Assembly (NCBI GenBank): GCA_964016885.1
Contig: OZ024747.1
Location: forward strand, 71,362,001 to 71,426,000
Source: Eledone cirrhosa
Lineage: Eukaryota
Length of the DNA: 64,000 nucleotides
Direction of reading: 5' to 3'
This document shows, one piece after another, positions 30,595 through 44,677 of this stretch. Both the position numbers and the translations under genes were made by a program. Under the pieces are notes generated by a model. The model worked only from the letters and a program-made list of their open reading frames with translations, was not told the origin of the DNA and did not search any database. Each line of letters opens with the position of its first letter. Within the stretch, counting starts at the first letter, position 1.

Positions 30595-30915
30595 TTAGGT
30601 TACCTTCGTACCGGGCTGTGGGCTCATCCGGGATCCTGGATAGCAGAGTACTATGATGTTTCTTGAAAACATCCACGTCCACACCATGCAGATCTCTTAG
30701 ATTTCCTGGCAGCTATTTGAAGAATTAAGGGTCTTTGAACACCAGGTTATTGCAATATCTGCTCCTTATTCTAGATGTGAAAGGCGGGACCTTTGGCACC
30801 ATACAGTGACGTCCTGTTTGGGGGTTGGTCCAGTTCTCAATGCCAAAGTTTGGTGCTAATTCATCCAGGATTTTCCATAAGTATATCACTGTGTATCTCT
30901 CACGTCCCACGTCTT
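30595..30915 (-). pseudogene. CR1/L2-group LINE ORF2 C-terminal fragment
   Basis: RERYTVIYLWKIL..P...GRHC.VP..SRYCN, continuing with frameshifts to LP.NLRDLHGVDVDVFKKH..IPDEPT. Confidence 0.7.
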
Positions 30916-33296
30916 CGTTCCCAGTAGCTTATATATATATAAGCCAGTGGCTAAGAGATCTTTTGGCTGACTATAGTTTGACAATTGCATATTTAGTAAC
31001 AGCTTTGAGAAATACAATTTTGTCATTCTTCTCTACTGAAGTCAGAATAACACCAAAAAGTATCAGGTATCATCTTTTTTCGCAGATGCATGAAAAACCT
31101 GTTATAATAAAACAAATATTTATTCTTAGGTTGGTTTGCAATACACCCTTCATTAAGTATTTTAACACTAACTCGCGTACTGTTTTCGTATGTTTGGCAT
31201 CTCTAAACTATTTTATTCCACCTGTGTTTATTACTATGATAGTATTTTATTAACCCAAAAAGGAACTGCACTCTGGCACTCAACTTGCGAGAAATAGCAA
31301 CAAAATTTGCTTCAAATCACACACTCTTATTTTAATTACAAAAAGATGGAAGGTGTATTGTGGTACTGAATACATTGCGCTCGGGGAAAAGATGAGTTGA
31401 TCACAGCTGGGAATGTATTTTGTTATAGGTCTGCTGCACCTTGATGTTAAACAATAACGACTGATATTTTCTCTGAAGTATTATTGAAACTGTTCAACGT
31501 GAATATTGATCAGAACCAGTTAGCACTGAAGGTTATAAGATAGTCTAATGTATTTTCTCTGTCATGTTGTTGTCTACGTAAAGTAAACAAAAACGTTACT
31601 GAATGTCTGTATGTAGGTAATGTGTGCATGTGTGTCGAATATGTTTATGAAATTCAGTTACCACTATCGACTAGATAAATCAACAAGAATTCAATAAATA
31701 TATTACACACTCACATAAGCTATTGTTATCTGTTTTGTATATCACGTGACATAAGGATTTGATACTTAATCAATGCAGTTCGTTAAAAAGAGGATATTTT
31801 TATATGGTTTCCTAAATCTGCTGCAAGTTGAAAACAGATAACCTATGTGTTTGATAGTAATGTTACAATTTGTGTATGTTTAATTGTAAATTTCGATCGT
31901 TGAGTTACAGTATTAATTCTAAATTCTTGTAGACCACTCAGTCATCTATCCAGTCCGAGTTAATAAGTTCGAACCGTCTACGCCTTCCCACTTCATAGAA
32001 ATTTTGAAAATAAATCAAATTTGACTACTATTTTGTCTATTTACTTTTACCAGCCTCTCCAGTTTAAAATATTGAACTGTTAAGTAGAATCTAACAATTT
32101 TAAATATAACCCAATTCTCACCCAGGCTTTGCTCACGATAAGATTTCAACTTACCACTTTAATATAATAGTCGTCAATTCTGCAGTCTCTCTTGGTCATC
32201 AGCTAGTATAGGTACCTCCCTATATGTATAGTAAGATGGAATGCACCATTGGGAATTAAGCGATTATATTCGCCATTGATATAGTACATCGCCGCTGACA
32301 GGATAGACTAGTCCCCACCATTTCAATTGTACCTGATTAGACCTTCTTGGTCATTATCAATGCTGTATCTTCACATTTAATTGCAATATCTTTGACGATA
32401 TCTAACTGTAAGAAACCCGAAACTCATAAAATGCAATGTACCTTCACCTGTTGAGTTTCATACGACTTATCTTTTAAAAACATTCTGAACGGATAGAAAA
32501 GTTTCATTTGTGAATATGTAAATGTATCATTTCTGCTTTGAATGAAGATTTCATTCCTAACAAACCTAAAAGAGGTTTCAGGAATATATCAATTAAATAT
32601 ACCTTAGAAATGATGACATCATTTCATATTTATAGACGTAATAAAATATTGCATGTTTCTATTGTAGTTTCAATTGTGGAATTTGCGTCATAAAGCAGCG
32701 CGGATTTCTTAACCTGGGTTGAACATTATCCTTGCGTGTCACCGCGATATAAAAGTATAATATTTAACAAAGTTCAAATATGCTCAGAACAAAACCTGCC
32801 AACATCTTGAATGCTAAACACACTCCATTTAACTAAATGTGTCTATTCTATTGTTACTACAAAGGATTTTCCTACTCTTTGGACAAATATTCCTAACAAA
32901 ATTTGCCATTCACTTAATTGAAACACACTACCTTCCATCCTTACCATCACTTCCCTTCTTTCTTATCATGTAGCTGTTCATATGTACCTTCTAGCAATCT
33001 TATTCTGTTTAAGTGTTGGTGACTACGATGTAGTGGTAACGATGTTGTGGGGTGGTTTGTAATGGAGGTGGTTGCAATGGTGGGGATGGTGACTTTCGAT
33101 GGTGGTTGTGATGGAGGTAATAGTGGTGTCAGCGGTTTGTCTTCGATTCTATGACATCTTTTTCTTGTTTTGTACTTTCCTTGTCCGGTTTCGTCACTCT
33201 CTTGTCCGGTTTTGTTATTTCCCAGTCTGATCTTGTCACCTCTTTGCCTGGTTGTGCCACTTCAGATCACCGCGTGTTACAAGTCTCACTATGTGA

Positions 33297-34660
33297 GATG
33301 TGATGGTGGTGGTTGTGTTGGTGGTGATTGTGATGGTGCTGGTGGTGGTAGTGATGGTGCTGGTGGTGGTAGTGATGGTGCTGGTGGTGATTGTGATGGT
33401 GGTGGTGGTGGTAGTGATGGTGGTGGTAGTGATGGTGCTGGTGGTGATTGTGATGGTGCTGGTGGTGGTAGTGATGGTGCTGGTGGTGGTAGTGATGGTG
33501 CTGGTGGTGGTAGTGATGGTGCTGGTGGTGGTAGTGATGGTGCTGGTGGTGGTAGTGATGGTGCTGGTGGTGGTAGTGATGGTGCTGGTGGTGGTTGTGA
33601 TGGTGCTGGTGGTGGTAGTGATGGTGCTGGTGGTGGTTGTGATGGTGCTGGTGGTGGTAGTGATGGTGCTGGTGGTGGTAGTGATGGTGGTGGTGGTGGT
33701 AGTGATGGTTGTGGTAGTGATTGTGATGGTGGTGGTAGTGATGGTTGTGGTAGTGATTGTGATGGTGGTGGTGGTGGTAGTGATGGTGGTGGTGGTGGTA
33801 GTGATGGTGCTGGTGGTGGTTGTGATGGTGCTGGTGGTGGTAGTGATGGTGCTGGTGGTGGTAGTGATGGTGGTGGTGGTGGTAGTGATGGTTGTGGTAG
33901 TGATTGTGATGGTGGTGGTTGTGATGGTTGTGGTAGTGATTGTGATGGTGGTGGTGGTGGTAGTGATGGTGGTGGTGGTGGTAGTGATGGTGCTGGTGGT
34001 GGTTGTGATGGTGCTGGTGGTGGTAGTGATGGTGCTGGTGGTGGTAGTGATGGTGGTGGTGGTGGTAGTGATGGTGGTGGTGGTGGTAGTGATGGTTGTG
34101 GTAGTGATTGTGATGGTGGTGGTTGTGATGGTTGTGGTAGTGATTGTGATGGTGGTGGTGGTGGTAGTGATGGTGGTGGTGGTGGTAGTGATGGTGCTGG
34201 TGGTGGTTGTGATGGTGCTGGTGGTGGTAGTGATGGTGCTGGTGGTGGTAGTGATGGTGGTGGTGGTGGTAGTGATGGTTGTGGTAGTGATTGTGATGGT
34301 GGTGGTAGTGATGGTTGTGGTAGTGATTGTGATGGTGGTGGTGGTGGTAGTGATGGTGGTGGTGGTGGTAGTGATGGTGGTGGTAGTGATGGTACTGGTG
34401 GTGGTAGTGATGGTTGTGGTAGTGATGGTGGTGGTGGTGGTAGTGATGGTGGTGGTAGTGATGGTGGTGGTGGTGGTAGTGATGGTGGTGGTAGTGATGG
34501 TGCTGGTAGTGGTAGTGATGGTGGTGGTGGTGGTGGTAGTGATGGTGGTGGTAGTGATGGTGGTGGTGGTGGTAGTGATGGTGGTGGTAGTGATGGTGCT
34601 GGTAGTGGTAGTGATGGTGGTGGTGGTGGTAGTGATGGAGCTGGTGGTGGTTGTGATGGT
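33297..34660. repeat. G-rich minisatellite, ~21-bp unit GATGGTGCTGGTGGTGGTAGT with higher-order blocks
   Basis: Explains the overlapping 518/486/470-aa low-complexity ORFs. Confidence 0.9.
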
Positions 34661-35882
34661 AATGATAGCGGTAGCAACGCCAGAATTTTATTTAATCTCA
34701 CTTCTTTATGGAAAGATGGGGTGTGATAAGCGTTTGAGAGAGAAAGAGAGAGAAGATTAACAAGTCTTTATAGAAAGGGGTTGATAAGTGTGTGTATGCG
34801 AACCGTTTTTTTTTTATCTCGTATGATTATGTTATTTCATTTTTGATACTTTGTAATTGTTAAACTGTGGAACTTCCACGGGGTCAGCTAGTAAACGTTA
34901 AATAGTACATCTCTCCAATATTTTTTATGATCTTAATATAATTAGCAAGTCTTTATATGATAGAGTTTTATTGAAGCACATTAAACATCACAGGTTGTAT
35001 GAAGAGTGGGAATTTATTTATAACCTGCTGAGGTATCTTTACAAAATCATATCAAAATCGTGTTACTTCTATTTAAGTAAGTCTGATTCATTGAGAAGTT
35101 TTGTTATTCTTCACAACCCTTTAACAAGATACGGCGAATACTTTTCAGATTATATATTCAACAAAACTCTACGTCACTTTAAACAAATAGCCAAAAATGT
35201 TTAGGCTATTCTAGAAATAACTTTTAGTCGAGAAGAAAATGATTCTTATACTCAATCCGTAATATTTAGTCCTATACTTATACAAATACGGCACTGACCA
35301 CTCATATTCTCTTCCAATTTTACAGAATCTCAGCTATCTCAGATCTATGTGGAATATTTCGATTATCTCTGGAGACCTAAACAGTCCAGATATTAACTAG
35401 AGTTTGCAAAGAACAAATAACAAATTTAGACACATAGATGCTTGAGGCTTCTCGTGTAAGAGGTTCGGGGTGGGGGGAGCCAATAATTATATAAAACGTT
35501 ATTTCGTGGTCCTTTGTGTAATAACAACAATGTACTTTGTAAAGCGAGTCGAGGAAATCAATATGAAAACAATGTTTAACAGTTGCGATAACATTCCTAC
35601 TGCTTTTCGTTGGTGGAAATGTTCACAAAAACCTAAAACAGATTATTCTTTCAGATGGTGTTATGTGTGTGCACGCACACATACAAACGCGTACACATAT
35701 TCGCTTATGCATATAAATTGACAAGTACATACACAAGTTCACAGATAATTACGCAGATGACTACATATATTTGTAGATCATGCTCACGTATACACACACA
35801 TGTACATAATCATACACACGCAGACACGCATATCAAATTTGTATACACAAATGTATATTCATTCACCGGAATAGCTACAAGC

Positions 35883-36011
35883 AAGAAGAAGAAGAAGAAG
35901 AAGAAGAAGAAGAAGAAGAAGAAGAAGAAGAAGAAGAAGAAGAAGAAGAAGAAGAAGAAGAAGAAGAAGAAGAAGAAGAAGAAGAAGAAGAAGAAGAAGA
36001 AGAAGAAGAAG
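35883..36011. repeat. Perfect (GAA)n, ~43 units
   Basis: Directly visible. Confidence 0.95.
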
Positions 36012-36523
36012 ATACTAGATACAGTTCATAGCAACGACCTGGCCACAATCATCTGGGGTATACCCGTCTAATCTGACAAGGAGATCATTTCAACGAACCA
36101 GACAGTAACCAAGGACTGGGAAATAAAAAAACAAAACAAAATACACAGATAAATATCGCAATCTCTTCTGACTAAAATATTAGCCGAAACGAAATGGAAA
36201 AACTGTCAAAATACAAGGATCTTGAAATTGAAATATACACGATGTGGGACGTAAAGGTAAAAATAGTGCCAATAATAATTGATGCACTTGGCATGATTAA
36301 AGAAAATATGAACGGCAACATTGGTGCCGTACCAGGGCTCAAAATACTACACGGTGTTCAACGCAAAAAAAAGGCTCTGCTTGGAACAGTCCGCATCCTG
36401 TGCATGGCATTATCAATTCAATAACACAACTTGAATTTAACAATCTCCAAAGAAAATATCCTATACCATCATCACTTGGATGATATTGAGCAGCCCAACA
36501 GAAGTAGAAGAAGAAGAAGAAGA
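36012..36523 (+). mobile_element. R4/Dong-like non-LTR 3' fragment (RLE domain) between (GAA)n tracts
   Basis: TIIWGIPV*SDKEII..PD.., EKLSKYKDLEIEIYTMW.VKVKIVPIII.ALG, ALLGTVRIL; ends in AGAAGAAGAAG. Confidence 0.75.
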
Positions 36524-36544
36524 TCCTCAAACTAGAATAATAAT

Positions 36545-36680
36545 GGTTTCTGATTTAGGCACAAGGTCAACACTTTTGGGTACGGGGGAAAGTCGATTAA
36601 TTATTTTATCGACCCTGTAAGGATGAAAAGTGTAGCTAATCTCAGGGATATTTGAACTCAGAATGTCAAGTGATGTAACT
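36545..36680 (-). mobile_element. SINE remnant
   Basis: Reverse complement of the 4880 family (TTTAGGCACAAGG..TCGACCC..GGATGAAA..ATTTGAACTCAGA). Confidence 0.6.
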
Positions 36681-38559
36681 ATATGTCACAAAGCATGTTG
36701 TCCGACTCTACCGATACTGCCAAACAATAACTATTATCTCTGCAATGGAAAGAAATATAGGTTTCTGTGTAATTCTTAAATAAAGATGAATAATAATCAG
36801 AGAAAGCCTACATTACTACAAAAATATTGCAACAAATTGAGAATTAATAATAACCTTTTTAATGTGATATAATCCGATGATTTTGACATATTTATCTTAG
36901 TAATGGCACGGTTGAATGCTAAATATTTCAGCATTGATGATACTTGCTGAAGCTTTGCGCTCACAACTATAATGAAAAAAATTATATCTATCAGATGGGT
37001 GACATTCGTAAACAGTTTAAAACAAGCGAATAGTTGGAGTAAGTTGATCAGAACACCGTAAGATTGAACGATTGAGCTGCTCGTAAGCGGCTAATACTGA
37101 GCTATCTATCCAACTACCATTAAGTTGTGATGATGGTATTCATAAAAGCCTCATGAAGTTTCAAACTGGAACCGCGTCAGAAACAAATGACCTGACATGA
37201 AGTTATGATTGATTATCAATAAAGATCCTGCGATCAAAGGGAAACTGTATCAGGAAAGTATATTCCAGCGTGTGCTGAGAGCATGAATGTTACATATTTC
37301 CTCATTTGTTATTCGATATTTAGTAAATAAAACCTGGTAGCCGCTTCACAAAACAGAACCAACAAACCACTGCTCATAAGGATTGATATTCTCGTTAAGG
37401 GATGATCGATTGCAAAATAAAAATAGGGAAAAATAAAACTAATGGCATGCAGGATTTTATCGGCCGTACATAGCAAACGAAAGTCGAGGCGTTGTATGTG
37501 AAAAGAAAAATGTCGAAATTAGTATCATATATTTTCCGAAAACTGATGTCTAGAAAATAGAAGCAAAATCATGAGAAGCCACATAGAAAAATGTATCTAT
37601 TCTAACACCAAATTTTGGGTACTGTTTGAGAGTGATTAATGACGGAATACTAGACGTTTGATGATAGAAATCTAATGCTAGTTGTTTCACACTTTAATGA
37701 TATTCACATAAAATTATCGTCATTAATTTTATTCTATTTTTTCTTACAGTTTTCTAAAGTATGGAAAGTCAAATGAATTGTTGAGTATCTAAGATGATAT
37801 TTAATAATAATTTTATTTGTAAATTTTGTTAACGAACATAATATTCTGAATATGAAAACTATACTCGTTTCACTTTAGCATTTATATTCATAATTTAAAC
37901 GGAATATTCATATCTTGAATAAATTTGGATTATACATCATACTTAAGTATTATATGCATGTATATTGGAGTGTTTTAATGTCTCAAAATACCTCATGCTT
38001 TCTGTTAGTTAAGTATACAATATTAGATGTTTGACCCGAGATACCAGTGGTCATATTTACCATATTTCATAAGAAAGACATTCTGAGTTGATATACTAGT
38101 CAAACTTTTAATATTCAACATCATAGTCGTTTTTTAAATGTATATCACAACATCCTAGTCGTTTTTAATTGTGTATCATAGACATATTATCCAATGTATA
38201 ATCCAATTCCATCGTCTATTTGGTGAGAGACAACTAAGATTATCTAAACAAACAGTTCATTCAGATGAGAAAAATTGTTAGAGAATGTTTGTGTGTAATA
38301 TTTGTTTGAGAGCACACAACTCAAGAACAGACTGAAATATCATGGATTTGATGCAAGAGTTCTCAAATCGTTCTTTAACAGCCGTGCACTGCCGTGTGTA
38401 CGACGTATAAATGAATTAAAATAATTAGAGTGAACTCTATAGGTCATCTTTGCGTCAAACTACTGTGAATCTCACTTGATCACATTTTGTTTCTTAGAAT
38501 AAGTGGTTATATTTTGCTAAACCTTAAGTAAATTTATTCCACATGTCCCCAACAGAAAT

Positions 38560-38760
38560 GGAACTTAAGGGTCAGTCCACCTCGTGGTACCGGCGAACAA
38601 GATGCAGAAGTCATTACCCCGGAGGATGGCAAGAGAGACGCACTGGAAAAAACACTCCACTTAGAGGTAGCCGACTCCACCCCAATAGCAGTGAGTGGGG
38701 TTCTGTTCAAGGGGCCAAGAATGCCAGAGGTCTCCACTGCCACTGACACTATATATGTCT
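38560..38760 (-). pseudogene. Second CRE-like RLE C-terminal fragment
   Basis: VAVETSGILGP..TAIGVE, then frameshifted FQCVSLAILRGNDFCIL; homologous to 29685-29950. Confidence 0.6.
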
Positions 38761-39723
38761 ACTGGTTGAAACTTTGCATTTTTTAAACACAATGCATTTT
38801 GAATTCTAGGACCTTATAATCAATATCCTTAATATTAATATCACAGTCAGAACTTTAAAACTAATTAAAAATAGGGGAGATCTAGGTTATTGACTCTTTC
38901 TGTGATAAAACTAATGACTATGATAAAATTATCTATCAGTATATTTATACATCTATTATGATCTATCAGTTTTATTCTTATTTGCGAATTGAGCTCCAAT
39001 ATACATATAGCAATTAAACATTGACAGCATGAAACATTTCTCTGGAGGATATAAACAGAGTACTGAACCAATAGATTGACATCCGCTCTATATCTAAAAG
39101 GAAACTAAAGTAGATGGTATTGCTAAATAGGAAATATCATTTCCTGTTACTAATTAGGCTTGCGATATTTGAACATTTCCATTTTTTTTTAAATAAGAAG
39201 AAAATCTAAATCTAAGAATTTCGTATAACATCGAAAGCATCTTAAGCCATTAGTAGTGTTGAACCACGATTAAATTATCTTGATGAGTATTGCAATTTCC
39301 TCCGATATTAAGACGACACTAATCTTATGATTTATTACTATTAGAAACTATTGTTCTTCTTTGGGCTTGATTAAATGCTAAATTATTCATAAATCTCCAT
39401 TTTCTAAATAGAACATGGCAGATGAATGCTAAGTGAGGAAGATCAGCATTATATCTATTCCATATGATTAAAATAAAAATTAGTATACTGAAACATATCC
39501 ATAAATATATTCGTGACAAGTTGAAATACGATGATAACAAAACAACATCTCCATGGAATCTAGATGGGAATTAAAATTATATATCATTTAAGATATTACT
39601 GTTATTAGAACTCAAACATGACCCATTGTTTTACGAACGGAATAAGAAATAATTTTGTTTTCATATATATGCATATATACATACACAAACAATCTCACAC
39701 ACACAAACACACATACATATATA

Positions 39724-39763
<40 letters not shown>

Positions 39764-39796
39764 CATTAATACATGTATACACACACACATATCTAT

Positions 39797-39858
<62 letters not shown>

Positions 39859-39911
39859 TCGGAGTATCGTTATTTTCTAAATGAAACTGCAGTAGGGACA
39901 TATATGTAAGT

Positions 39912-39996
<85 letters not shown>

Positions 39997-39999
<3 letters not shown>

Positions 40000-40723
40000 T
40001 AAAAATTACCGAGAATCGAATTTCAGCCTATGAAATAACGAAAAAACACTTTCGAATTGTGAGGCAAGCGCTCAATAATTCAAAAGAATTAGAGCTTACA
40101 ACTTACGTTAAAGGCCAAACACACTGAGATGGTGGTTAAACTAATCATCCACACAGCAAAGATTCGATCTCCCATTTCGGGTCAAACAGATATACAGATA
40201 TAAAAATATACGAAAGCATAAATGTGTTATACTCACCGGACCCCTGGAATGATGGTAAAGTCCAGTGTTGGGGTTTCTGCGGCTCCGTAAGTCATTTACT
40301 GACCACTTACATAAAGGATGTTAAGTTTCTCGTATCCTGACTGAACTAGGAGTGCGCGTTATCAACGGGATTCAGTTCTAAAGACCACATAGATGTGTCT
40401 GTAACTGACTCCACGTGGGGTTCAGCAAATTAGGCGAATTAATTCATCTGTGTATAATATTGCGAAAATGCAAAATACCACAAATCGAATGAAGCTCTCG
40501 ACAGAGTGGTTAAATATAACAAAGCTATTCGGCAGTCAATAGAATAGACCAAAACCAGTCAATAAAATTAACTGGCCAATAGCTAGACTCTGGAGATTAA
40601 TACAAGTAAAAATTAGCGAGAATCGAATTTCAGCCTATGAAATAACGAAAAAACACTTTCGAATTGTGAGGCAAGCGCTCAATAATTCAAAAAAATTAGA
40701 GCTTACATTTACGTTAAAGGCCA
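39997..40723. repeat. Pair of ~120-bp direct repeats (39997-40117, 40604-40723) around a unique core
   Basis: AAGTAAAAATTA.CGAGAATCGAATTTCAGCC...ACGTTAAAGGCCA twice; left end abuts (AT)n. Confidence 0.8.
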
Positions 40724-43254
40724 TATCTTTACGTGATATATATATCAAAGATCTTTACGTGATAGAGATCAAAGATCTTTACGTGATATGCAAGTCTTCA
40801 TTTTTGCAAACCTCTACCCACTTTACTTTTTTTTTTATTTGTGGCATAACTTCTATAACTACTCAAGTTCTTGCATCTCTGAAGTTTCTAACAATGCTTC
40901 ATCTAAATGAATATAGCAATGTTTCTGCTCTTATCACATTACCACCGTTTTTTTTACTTTTTGTTCCGATATTTCTAATGAAAACCATCACTTATGATTC
41001 TCAAATAATTTTGAAAATAACTGAGTATTTAGTAATATAATGGCTATTCTCGTTATTAGGCTGGTTTTGCACATCACTTAACAAACGTTTCTTACATAAA
41101 ATTATGATGAAAGATTTTTAGATAAATATAAACACCTCAAAACAAATAGTTTTATACCATAGAACTAGGAGCGGTTTCAAACAGTTTCATATAAAAAGGG
41201 TTAATACGTATGTGCATTCTTTCTTGCTTAAATGAGGATCTCTCCGGAAATTTATTTCTAATAATGTATTCCTTCTAATCAGGAATCTGGAATAATCCAA
41301 ACTGAATATTAATTGATCTAGCCTCCTCAATCATTTATTTTTATACATCAGTCAACAAACCTATAGATATTAGAATATTGTTAAGTATGTATCAAAATCT
41401 TTTTACTAGCTTCTACTTGCAATGGTAAAAATACTTCTCTCAGAAATATGCGATTTTGTATCACGTTAATTTACAACCAACTTTCCAACAGTGGTAATTG
41501 CTTCGAAATGAAGCAAATCAGAACTAATTTGCTACTGCTTTGTATAAAGATATGGAATTGTATTGAGGACTTCTTAATGGTGCTTCAAACAGCATACTTT
41601 CAGTTGGAACTCCTTGAAAATCATATCAGCCAATAAGAAAGAATTTAATAATCAAATTAGCAGAAGAAATCATATATGTTCTTACATAAAGTAAGATCAA
41701 ATAAGATGTTTACGCTTGTGTAGCTTCGGTAATTGTCTACCAACTAAAGTACATTTAAAACCAAATAAGCTGTGAGTTTTCTGAAGAACTTCTAATATGA
41801 CTTTTAATACAAAATTCCAACAACAAATGAAATCTATATTAAAAACACTTGCTGATATATTTGAAGAAGATATAATATTCTGATAATGAAGAAGCACTCA
41901 CGGAATTTTGCCAAAATTGAAGCTACATCCAAAACCAGAAGTAGCTGAGGGAAATATGCTAATTAACTAACAGCTAATTTGTGTTGAGTTCCTATTTATT
42001 AAAGGCATATTAGAGGTAGGAAAACTTAATTCACTTCATGTAGGATGTTAGGATCAGAGGTAAGTTGCCTTATGACAGATTGTTATTCTAGCCAGGAAAT
42101 GATTCATATCTAATCCTAACCCTAACCAAAGCTAAACAGTCGGTTTTTATAAGCTCTTAGAAAATTTAAAGACATTTTGATTTTCCCTACCTAGTTTGTT
42201 TGCTGCTCGTGATTACGATTTATTTATGACATTTATATACTTGAATTAACGGTAATCAAAGAGTATATTGAAAAGTGAATAATCTATTTCGTCATGTTCA
42301 GGTAAAATGCTTTAATGAAAGAAAATCCTCAAGCTTGCACCATGAATTTATTAATGACTATTTTCAAACTGGTGACATTTGGGATTTTCATTTTGAGAAA
42401 AAACGTTGTTCCAGCGCTAGCGAGTGCTGCACTTTGATTCCGCTGATTAGTATGTCAATTAAAAAGCCATACAGTATCTCAAGAAATAATTTATGTTGAG
42501 ATGACACCTTTTAAGATAGTGAAACAACATGCGTCTAGAACTTGAGCAAGAATTCTAATTACTTTCAACTCTATAATACTAAAATTCTTTATTTTTATGT
42601 TTATATGTGACTTCGTTCTCACTAAAGAACTTATTCTATTTGAAAAATGTTTTGATGTATGATATCTAAACATATCTGCTTCTTTTCAATGAAATAATTT
42701 TCACTACATTTGATGGAATACAACTCTTGTAATTAAAGACTGTATTTTATTATATAAATCAATAGAGAAACCATGTTTTGCTCCCTTCCGAACCCTCTTT
42801 GGGGTCTCGGGATACGCAATCTTTGTGCGTCCATCCCGCACCTGCAGGACAGGCCGCAGGCCTATCGCCAGTTTTTAAAGCAAAAAATGGAGAATGCAAT
42901 ATATTTTTCGAACAGGCCCCTCTATCTAAGGCTTGAACGCATCCCTTGTTAACCTGCGCGAAGGACGAAGCGGTTAAGATTCTTTTTCTTACCTCTCACC
43001 ATATTGCAATTTTTGTGGTCCTATTTGCGCCAGTCAACGATTTGGTACTTTCTCAGACATGCGAAGGCTAGCTTTTTTAGGGGCGGCCTTTACTCGTCTC
43101 ATCATAGCTACATAACTAGATTTTGAGTGTTTTCTTGGGAGCTAAATGTGTCACCAATTGCTGCATCTCCTCTAATCGCTATTGGTCCGGAGCGGCTTAT
43201 TCGTCCGCAACTATCAATCATATCTGGTAGATGTATCCACCTGAGACTCGTTCT

Positions 43255-43390
43255 TTAACATTCAGTAATCAGAAGAAGGAAGTTAGATATAAAAGTCAAA
43301 ATCGCTATCTTCGATTCGATATTTGTGCCAACCCTTACCTCTGGTCATGAATCTTGAGTAATGACTAAAAGAATATGATCGAGAATACTA
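43255..43390 (+). pseudogene. RTE-clade LINE fragment
   Basis: KKELDIKVKIAIFDSIFVPTLTSGHES*VMTKRI*SRI, matching the RTE pattern K.EL..KAK..I..SI.VPTLTYGHE.WV.T.R..SRI. Confidence 0.7.
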
Positions 43391-44207
43391 TAGGTTTACT
43401 TTAAATTATTCAATATATGTGTATGTATGCATGTGGGTGTATGTGCGTGTATGTGTGTGTGTATGTGCGTGTATGTGTGTGTGTATGTGCGTGCCTGTGT
43501 GTGCGAGTGCATGTTTATGCGTGCACGTATTTGCTTGAGAGTGCATGTATGTCCATGTGTGTATGTATCTGCCTACGTATACATAAAGCTTTTAAATGTT
43601 TGTTGTTTCTTCCAGCTTTTCTCCAACCGTCTTCTCAGAATTATCCAGCATATGTTATTACTGCACATTTTATTTCCAATTGAATTTGTTCATTGTTTGT
43701 CAAAAATCCCCCTGCATGTAGTATACTGTTATTTTTTATCCCTACATCGAACATAATCGTCTTACATTATCAGTTGTTTTCTTTCAACAGCTAAATATAC
43801 TTATATAAACTCATTGTAATCTTTTTTGTTGACATTTGTAAGGAGCTTCTGTGAGTCTATAGCCTTGTTCTCATATTATTCGTATATCTTATACACTGGG
43901 TCTTTGTCAAGCTCCACCTTTTCTATATAAACTAGGCCCTTGGCCAAACTGTCAACATTCAGTGCTTAGCTGGATGGGTGTAAGCAATTGTAGATTTATT
44001 GTGTTTCTTTAACATTGCGTTTGGAGAGTCTTTTTTTTTTTTTCTCTTTTTTCTTTTTCATTGAAATAATTAATTGACGTAGGAATGTGTTTTTATGCTG
44101 GAAATCTGTGGATACCATTACAACACCCATTAATTCTCATCTCTATGATCCCTACTATTTCAAATTCCTCTACCTCTCTACCTCTCTCATCTCTCTCTCT
44201 CTCTCTT

Positions 44208-44265
<58 letters not shown>

Positions 44266-44353
44266 TCTCTTTCTCTATCTCTCTCTATCGCTCTGTCTTT
44301 CTATCTCTCTCATCTCTATTAATAAATGGAAACTATATTTATAAAACCATATT

Positions 44354-44414
44354 TATTCTATTATATATATTTCAAGGGTACCAAAACTTTGTTACGCTCT
44401 CATCAGATAAAATA
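44354..44414 (-). ncRNA. Minimal type I hammerhead ribozyme
   Basis: Mirror of 44484-44544 with one extra stem II mismatch. Confidence 0.75.
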
Positions 44415-44483
44415 CAAAGCTTGTTTTATAAATATTGACATATCTCATTCCTGGGTATGTCACTGTTTATAAAACAAACTTTG

Positions 44484-44544
44484 TATTTTATCTGATGAGA
44501 GCGTACCAAAGTTTTGGTACCCTTGAAATATATATAATAGAATA
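44484..44544 (+). ncRNA. Minimal type I hammerhead ribozyme
   Basis: TATTTTAT-CTGATGA-GAGcGTACC aaagtttt GGTACcCTT-GAAA-TATATA-TA-ATAGAATA. Confidence 0.8.
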
Positions 44545-44677
44545 AATATCGTTTTATAAATATAGTTCCCATTTATTAATATCATTGATATTATACTCCA
44601 GAAAAGCTGTCGAGTGTTTCGAATCTGTTATAAATATATATATTTGTTGAATTACCAACAAATTAAATATCCCTTTG

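Noticed and set aside
33170-34726. 518-aa Gly-rich ORF with a hydrophobic N-terminus
   Set aside because: TTG start, minisatellite body, open in several frames; not supportable as a gene
42109-42128. Telomere-like TCTAATCCTAACCCTAACC
   Set aside because: Only about 2-3 units; expected by chance or as a repeat remnant
41200-42760. Possible decayed hAT transposase (HS.A.E.RFFS-like text near 42380-42430, minus strand)
   Set aside because: Too degenerate; no continuous frame or TIRs
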